35,085 nucleotides of DNA, taken from NCBI GenBank assembly GCA_964553835.1, contig CAZKMJ010000002.1:1-35085 (forward strand). The letters are read 5' to 3'. Made by a program: the position numbers and the translations under genes. This stretch comes from an uncultured bacterium. Its GTDB lineage: Bacteria > Omnitrophota > Omnitrophia > Omnitrophales > Aquincolibacteriaceae. Shown piece after piece: positions 28,249 through 35,085 of this stretch. The notes below the pieces were generated by a model that saw nothing but the letters and a program-made list of their open reading frames with translations, was not told the DNA's origin and did no database searches. The first letter of the stretch is position 1. Every line of letters starts with the position of its first letter.

Positions 28249-29612
28249 TGTCGGCTAAAACGGAAACTCTGCCGGTCATCCAGCCGGGGCATACCAATAC
28301 AACGGTCACGGAAAAAATCACCTCTGTCATCCTGACCAAGGAGCTGCCTCCAAAGGCGTGGCTCATGACCGCGCCGCTGGCGTTTGGTCTTGCGGGACTT
28401 GTGCTTCTGACCATTGTCATGCTGCTGGTTGTGGGCATCGGGGTCTGGGGGGTCATGATTCCGGTGGGTTGGGGCATGGACATTTTATGTTTTGTCTGGT
28501 GGATTGGTATCGGCCATGCAGGCACTCTGATTTCCGCCATCCTTCTTTTGTTGAAACAGAAATGGCGTATGTCCATCAGCCGCTTTGCTGAAGCTATGAC
28601 GATTTTCGCAGTTATGTGCGCCGGTCTTTACCCGCTTTTTCATACGGGCCGCCCTTGGCGCGCTTTTTATCTCTTTCCCTATCCCAACACCATGGCGCTA
28701 TGGCCGCAATTTCGAAGCCCGCTGGTTTGGGACGTGTTCGCGGTCTCAACTTACGCGACGGTTTCAATGCTTTTCTGGTATGTAGGTATGATTCCCGACC
28801 TTGCCACAATGCGCGACAAGGCCAAGAACGCGATCTTGAAGTTAGTTTACGGATTTTTATCACTGGGCTGGCGTGGTTCCGCGGCGCATTGGGGCCGTTA
28901 TGAAACCGCCTGCCTTCTATTAGCCGGCCTTGCCACGCCGCTGGTCGTTTCCGTGCATACGATCGTCAGCTTTGACTTCGCTGTTTCGGTCATCCCCGGC
29001 TGGCACACCACTATTTTTCCGCCTTACTTTGTGGCGGGCGCGATTTATTCCGGCTTTGCCATGGTTCTGACTCTGGTTATTCCCATCCGCGCGATTTTTG
29101 GGATGAAAGATTTCATCACAGAGCATCATCTGAATAATATGTCCAAGGTCATGCTGGCCACAGGCTTGATTGTGGCCTACGGGTATTTCATGGAAGTATT
29201 CATGTCGTTTTACAGCGGCAGCAAGTATGAGATTTTCATGATCTTGAACCGCGCGGGTGGTTACTACAAATATTACTATTGGGCTCTTATTTTCTGTAAC
29301 GTCATGACGCCCCAGCTGCTCTGGTTCCGTCAGGTGCGCCTCAACACTTTCCTGCTTTTTATCATTTCCATCATCGTGAATATCGGCATGTGGCTGGAGC
29401 GCTTTGTGATCATTGTGGTCAGTCTTCATCGCGACTTTCTACCCTCTTCATGGGGCGAATACCATCCGACCGTGTGGGATTGGGCCATGTTTACCGGGAC
29501 AATCGGCATGTTCTTGAGCCTTGTGCTTCTTTTCGTCAAGGCGCTGCCCATGATTTCCATTTTTGAAATGAAAACCATATTGAAGAAAAAAACAGACAAT
29601 CATGCACACTGA
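28248..29612 (+). CDS. actC: ACIII subunit ActC (NrfD/PsrC-like quinol-interacting membrane subunit)
   Basis: 454-aa polytopic ORF with NrfD-like features (WGxxIxxxxFxxGxxAG region: WGMDILCFVWWIGIGHAGTLISA). Position is after actB. Confidence 0.9.
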   Translation: MSAKTETLPVIQPGHTNTTVTEKITSVILTKELPPKAWLMTAPLAFGLAGLVLLTIVMLLVVGIGVWGVMIPVGWGMDILCFVWWIGIGHAGTLISAILLLLKQKWRMSISRFAEAMTIFAVMCAGLYPLFHTGRPWRAFYLFPYPNTMALWPQFRSPLVWDVFAVSTYATVSMLFWYVGMIPDLATMRDKAKNAILKLVYGFLSLGWRGSAAHWGRYETACLLLAGLATPLVVSVHTIVSFDFAVSVIPGWHTTIFPPYFVAGAIYSGFAMVLTLVIPIRAIFGMKDFITEHHLNNMSKVMLATGLIVAYGYFMEVFMSFYSGSKYEIFMILNRAGGYYKYYYWALIFCNVMTPQLLWFRQVRLNTFLLFIISIIVNIGMWLERFVIIVVSLHRDFLPSSWGEYHPTVWDWAMFTGTIGMFLSLVLLFVKALPMISIFEMKTILKKKTDNHAH

Positions 29613-30150
29613 GAAACCCAAAACGCCTTATTTCGGCCTAATGGCTGAGTTTGCGACAGAGGAGGACTTTATCCACGCCACGCGCAAGGTTAAGGACGCG
29701 GGGTATAGCAAGTTGGACGCGTATTCTCCTTATCCGATTCATGAAATTCTGGATATTCTCCATCTTCATAAGAACAAACTTCCTCTTGTTGTGCTGATCG
29801 GCGCTATTTGTGGCGGGCTTGGGTGTTATGCCATGGAATGGTTTGCGTCAGTGATCCATTATCCGTGGAACATCGGCGGAAGACCGCTGCACAGCTGGCC
29901 GTCTTTTTTGCCGCCGGCTTATGAAATCACGATTCTGGCCGCCGCGTTTGGCGCGGTCATTGGATTGATCTCCATGAACGGGCTCCCCATGCCGTATCAT
30001 CCGGTTTTTAACGTGCCTGCTTTTGCCAAGGCTTCAGATGACCGTTTTTTTATCTGCATTGAGTCGGGCGATCCAAAATTTGATCTTGAGAACACGCGTA
30101 AATTCCTGGAAGGCCTGAAACCGGTTAGCGTATCTCAGGTGGAGCATTAA
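29602..30150 (+). CDS. actD: ACIII subunit ActD (DUF3341-type)
   Basis: 182-aa ORF. GLMAEF....... A..KV...GY...DAYSPYPIHE pattern plus two TM helices. 11-nt overlap with actC. Confidence 0.8.
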   Translation: MHTEKPKTPYFGLMAEFATEEDFIHATRKVKDAGYSKLDAYSPYPIHEILDILHLHKNKLPLVVLIGAICGGLGCYAMEWFASVIHYPWNIGGRPLHSWPSFLPPAYEITILAAAFGAVIGLISMNGLPMPYHPVFNVPAFAKASDDRFFICIESGDPKFDLENTRKFLEGLKPVSVSQVEH

Positions 30151-30151
30151 A

Positions 30152-30739
30152 GTGACAAAAACGAGGCTGATTTCCATTCTGGTGCTTTTAACCGCCGGCT
30201 TTTTTTCCGGCTGCACCAATGACATGAAAGACCAGCCGCGGTTTAAACCTTATCATGAAACCGGTTTTTTCCCGGATGGCCGTTCGGAAAGACCCTTGAT
30301 TGACGGTGTTGTGGCGCGCGGGCACCTTGATGAAGACACGGAATTTTATCAGGGCAAGACCGCGGAAGGAAAGCTGGTGCAGAAAAGCCCAGTGCCCGTG
30401 ACAGAGGAGCTTTTAAAGCGCGGTCAGGAGCGTTTCAATATTTATTGTATCGTCTGCCACGGTGCTGCTGGAACAGGTGACGGCATGGTCATCCGCCGCG
30501 GATTCAAGCCCGTGCCGCCCACGTTTCACAGTGACAAGCTGCGCAATATTGAGGACGGGCACATTTATGATGTCATTAGCCATGGTTTTGGCGTGATGCA
30601 GGATTACGCGTTTCAGATCCAGCCCGCGGACCGCTGGGCCATTGTGGCCTATGTGCGCGCGTTGCAGCTTAGCCAGAACGCGCCGGCCGCCGAACTTTCG
30701 GCTGCGGACAAACAGCAGCTTGCGGGAAATAAAGCATGA
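30152..30739 (+). CDS. actE: ACIII subunit ActE (monohaem cytochrome c, probable lipoprotein)
   Basis: GTG start. Signal with a lipobox-like LTAGFFSGC. Single CIVCH haem motif and a distal Met region (HGFGVMQ). Confidence 0.85.
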   Translation: MTKTRLISILVLLTAGFFSGCTNDMKDQPRFKPYHETGFFPDGRSERPLIDGVVARGHLDEDTEFYQGKTAEGKLVQKSPVPVTEELLKRGQERFNIYCIVCHGAAGTGDGMVIRRGFKPVPPTFHSDKLRNIEDGHIYDVISHGFGVMQDYAFQIQPADRWAIVAYVRALQLSQNAPAAELSAADKQQLAGNKA

Positions 30740-31803
30740 AAAAATCAGCTATTATCGGATTGATATTACTTGGGGTCGCGGTGGTGCTCGGCATGCAGGA
30801 CCGCGCGCATTTTCTTCAGGCTTATCTTGTAGCGTTCCTTTTCTGGATGGCGCTACCGCTTGGCGCCATGGGCCTGAGAATGATTCATCACCTGACCGGC
30901 GGTGGATGGGGTCGTGCCATCGCGGTTTATCTGGATGCTTCCGTGCGCACCGTGCCTCTTCTGGTCATTTTTTTCATTCCACTGGCGCTGGGCGTTAAAG
31001 AATTATTCCCGTGGGCGCATGGCCATCATCATTTTACCGGATTCAAAGCCCAGTATCTGACGGTCAATGGTTTTTACCTTCGCGCCGCCATCTGTTTCAT
31101 TGTTTGGGTTGTGACTTCTATGGTCCTTACGGCTTGGAGCCATGAAGCCAGAAAACAGGAAGAAGCGCCTTCCGGTCTCCAGGGTTTTAGCGGTATCGGA
31201 CTTCTTCTTTATGTGCTGACCATGACCTTGGCCGCGACTGACTGGGCCATGTCGCTGGAACCCGAATGGTTTTCTACAATTTACGGCGCTCTTTTCATGG
31301 TTGGAAACGGGCTTGAAATGTTCTCTTTCAGCATTCTGGTCATGGCTTTCTGCCAGAAGCCTGCGGACAAACCCGAGCAGACGCCGGGCCGCATTCATGA
31401 TTTGGGTAATCTAATGCTGGCGTTCACTATGCTGTGGGCCTACATGACATTGTCGCAGTTTTTGATTATCTGGTCCGGGAACCTTCCTGAAGAAGCTTTC
31501 TGGTATATCAATCGCAGCAACGGTGGATGGAAAGTGGTTGGGCTTTTGACTGTTGGATTTCAATTTATTGTCCCGTTTTTCCTGCTTTTGATCCGCAGCT
31601 GGAAGCGGGACCCGAAAACCCTCTGGCCGATTGCCGCTATTATTTTCGCGGCCAAGTTTATTGAGTTGACATGGATCATCAAGCCGTCTTTTTCCAAAAC
31701 ATTTTATTTTAATCCGATGGACATTTTAATCTGGCTCGGCATGGGCGGCGTCTGGCTGGCGGTTTTCTGCTGGCAGCGTGAAGCTGTGGAAAGGCACTCA
31801 TGA
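30736..31803 (+). CDS. actF: ACIII subunit ActF (second NrfD-like membrane subunit)
   Basis: 355-aa polytopic ORF in the canonical position after actE. HHLTGGGWG stretch. ATGA overlaps on both sides. Confidence 0.8.
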   Translation: MKKSAIIGLILLGVAVVLGMQDRAHFLQAYLVAFLFWMALPLGAMGLRMIHHLTGGGWGRAIAVYLDASVRTVPLLVIFFIPLALGVKELFPWAHGHHHFTGFKAQYLTVNGFYLRAAICFIVWVVTSMVLTAWSHEARKQEEAPSGLQGFSGIGLLLYVLTMTLAATDWAMSLEPEWFSTIYGALFMVGNGLEMFSFSILVMAFCQKPADKPEQTPGRIHDLGNLMLAFTMLWAYMTLSQFLIIWSGNLPEEAFWYINRSNGGWKVVGLLTVGFQFIVPFFLLLIRSWKRDPKTLWPIAAIIFAAKFIELTWIIKPSFSKTFYFNPMDILIWLGMGGVWLAVFCWQREAVERHS

Positions 31804-32195
31804 GCCAGCATGGTCACGGCGGAAATCAGCCTGGAAATTATGAAAAAACAGACGTGAAACCCTCCCTGATCTGGATTTCACTTTTTGTGCTCGGTATTTT
31901 TATAGCGGCTGGCATTTTCCTCAGCCTGGCCAGCTACAAAGGGCTTCAATTTTTTCTGAAGACCCGGGACAAGGCACTTCCGCCCATGATGGAAACCAAC
32001 GTCCAGCCGCCGGAACCACGCCTGCAGGTTTTTCCGGCCCAGGACCTGGAAAAATTTCAAAGTGAACAACAGGCAGCTTTGAATGCTTATGCCTGGGTAA
32101 ACCAGGAAACCGGCATTGCGCGGATTCCCGTCGCGCGTGCCATGGAAATCCTGGCGAAAAGGCCGCAAGCCCCGAAGCAGGAGGCCGCGGTATGA
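31800..32195 (+). CDS. Single-pass membrane protein coupled between actF and SCO1 (ActG-like position, function unknown)
   Basis: 131-aa ORF. One TM helix LIWISLFVLGIFIAAGIFLSLA, then PPEPRLQVFP..DL...............AYAWVNQETGIARIPVARAMEIL. ATGA overlaps with both neighbours argue that it is translated. Confidence 0.5.
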   Translation: MSQHGHGGNQPGNYEKTDVKPSLIWISLFVLGIFIAAGIFLSLASYKGLQFFLKTRDKALPPMMETNVQPPEPRLQVFPAQDLEKFQSEQQAALNAYAWVNQETGIARIPVARAMEILAKRPQAPKQEAAV

Positions 32196-33022
32196 AAAAA
32201 ATTCACAGCATTTTCCTGGTTCTGATGCTGGCCTTCGCCGGTTCTGTTTTCGCGGAAAGCGTCCAACTTCCGCTTGCCCAGCAGAAACCAGTCGCGGACC
32301 TGGTCCGGGAAATCGGGATTGATCAAAAGCTGAATCAGCAGCTTCCACTGGACACAGTTTTCCACGATGAGCAGGGGAATGTCGTAAAGCTGGGGGATTA
32401 TTTTGGTTCCAAGCCCGTGATCCTGAACCTGGTTTATTTTCGCTGCCCCATGCTTTGCAGCCTTGTTCTTGAAGATCTGGTTAAGGCTCTCCGGCCTTTA
32501 AAAATGGATGTTGGCAGGGAATTCCAGATCGTGACCATCAGCATTGATCCCAAGGATACGCCGGAAGATGCTTTGGTAAAAAAAGAAAAATACATGACTT
32601 CATATAAAAGAAAAGGCGCGGAGAACGGCTGGCACTTTTTGACGGGAGAGCAAAAATCTATTGATGCCGTGACCCGGGCCGCGGGCTTTCGCTACATGTA
32701 TGATTCCAAATCTGGCCAGTACGCGCATGCCGGGGGTATTATGATTGTGACGCCGGAAGGAAAGCTTGCCCGCTATTTTTACGGACTTGAGTACGCGCCC
32801 CGAGATTTGCGTTTTTCGCTGATCGAAGCGTCTCAGGGTAAAATTGGCACTTTGGTTGACCAGCTCCTGCTTCTTTGCTTTCATTATGATCCCATGACCG
32901 GAAAATATGGTTTATTTGTCATGAATTTTTTAAGGGTCGCCGGCTTTTTGACTGCTCTGGGCGTGGCTTTGAGTATTGGTATGATGTTGCGTTCTGAGCG
33001 CGGCAAGGCGGGTGCCCTGTGA
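32192..33022 (+). CDS. SCO1/SenC family copper chaperone
   Basis: 276-aa ORF. Signal/anchor, thioredoxin fold with a CxxxC copper site (YFRCPMLCS), a downstream His (YAHAGGIM) and an extra C-terminal TM helix. Confidence 0.9.
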   Translation: MKKIHSIFLVLMLAFAGSVFAESVQLPLAQQKPVADLVREIGIDQKLNQQLPLDTVFHDEQGNVVKLGDYFGSKPVILNLVYFRCPMLCSLVLEDLVKALRPLKMDVGREFQIVTISIDPKDTPEDALVKKEKYMTSYKRKGAENGWHFLTGEQKSIDAVTRAAGFRYMYDSKSGQYAHAGGIMIVTPEGKLARYFYGLEYAPRDLRFSLIEASQGKIGTLVDQLLLLCFHYDPMTGKYGLFVMNFLRVAGFLTALGVALSIGMMLRSERGKAGAL

Positions 33023-33965
33023 AGCAATTTTTCCCGCTGTTTCCTGAAAACGCTTCTACCATCGCCACCGGCGTAGACAGCCTCTATTTTTACCTGGTGG
33101 CCTTGACGGTTTTCTTTTGCTGTCTGATCTTTACACTGGTCATCTGGTTTTCGATCAAGTTTCACCGCAAGTCTGAGAGCGAAACGGGCACGGAAGTGCA
33201 TCCTAACATGCTGCTTGAGGTGGCCTGGAGCGTCATTCCGCTTTTGATTTCAGTCACTATCTTTGGATGGGCGACTTATCTGTTTTTTGTCAACGCGCGG
33301 GTCCCCAAGGACGCGGTTGAAATGTTTGTGGTCGGTAAACAGTGGATGTGGAAACTGCAGCATCCGGAAGGCAAGCGGGAAATCAATGAGCTGCATATCC
33401 CGGTTGGGCAGGCGGTCAAGCTGACCATGACCTCTGAGGACGTGATCCATAGTTTCTACGTTCCAGCCTTCCGTACCAAGATGGACGTGCTGCCGGGACG
33501 CTACACCCACATGTGGTTTCAGCCGACCAAACCCGGGAAATACCATTTATTTTGCGCTGAATATTGCGGTACCAATCACTCCCGTATGATTGGCTGGGTA
33601 CATGTCATGGAGCCAGCGCATTACCAGGCCTGGCTTGAAGGAAAAGAGCCTGGGGCTGGAGCCGAATCCATGGTTCAGAAGGGTGAGAAGCTGTTCAAGC
33701 AGTTCAATTGTGTTTCCTGCCATGGAGACGCAACGCGCGCGCCTGCACTCGACGGTATTTTCGGCAAGCAGGTGGAACTGGAAGGCGGCCGCACGATTAA
33801 GGCCGACGAAACATATCTGCGGGAATCGATCCTGACACCTGCATCCAAAGTGGTCAAAGGATATCAGCCAACCATGCCTCTTTATTCCGCCCAGATGAAT
33901 GAAGAGCAGATTATGCAGCTTCTGGCATACTTAAAGGCGGACCTGGGCAAGAAGGGCACAACGTC

Positions 33966-33969
<4 letters not shown>
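33019..33969 (+). CDS. coxB: Cytochrome c oxidase subunit II with a fused C-terminal cytochrome c domain (caa3 type)
   Basis: GTG start (GTGA overlap). Two TM helices. CuA site HSFYVP...[13 protein letters not shown]-terminal CVSCH haem c motif with a distal Met (QPTMP). Confidence 0.95.

Positions 33970-35085
<1,116 letters not shown>

Overview
This is a 35-kb bacterial chromosomal window of roughly 50% GC. I find about 36 protein-coding genes, and every one I can support is on the + strand. Most are joined by 1-11 nt start/stop overlaps. I saw no rRNA, tRNA, CRISPR array, transposase or integrase.

Gene order:
- bioA-bioD and mnmA.
- A six-gene Rnf-like module (rnfC-like, tandem-DsbA, rnfD-like, rnfG-like, rnfE-like, rnfA-like).
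- pilT, polA, coaE, rho, rpmE, prfA, prmC and murA.
- rpsP-trmD-rplS-rnhB-yraN.
- A POTRA-less Omp85-type barrel followed by an unassigned secreted 540-aa protein.
- A coupled HAD hydrolase and JAMM/MPN metalloprotease pair.
- A complete Alternative Complex III operon (actABCDEF), then a small membrane protein, SCO1, and caa3-type oxidase subunits II and I. Subunit I runs off the 3' edge.

The host looks like a diderm, oxygen-respiring bacterium. I cannot name the taxon.

The most unusual content is the Rnf-derived module at 3349-8279.
- Gene order is C-D-G-E-A with no rnfB.
- A membrane-anchored double-DsbA thioredoxin protein sits between C and D.
- By eye, the sequence features that carry flavin or NADH in canonical RnfC, RnfD and RnfG are missing, while both RnfC ferredoxin-type CxxCxxCxxxCP motifs are kept.

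Secondary points of interest:
- The Omp85 barrel and its unknown secreted partner.
- A small family of TGCGC-NNAT-GCGCA palindromes placed exactly at gene 3' ends.
- A 4 x 9-bp tandem repeat encoding a charged N-terminal extension of Rho.
- A strong sigma70-like promoter with a roughly 120-nt leader upstream of polA.

All homology calls come from motif recognition and recall of reference sequences. No search was run.
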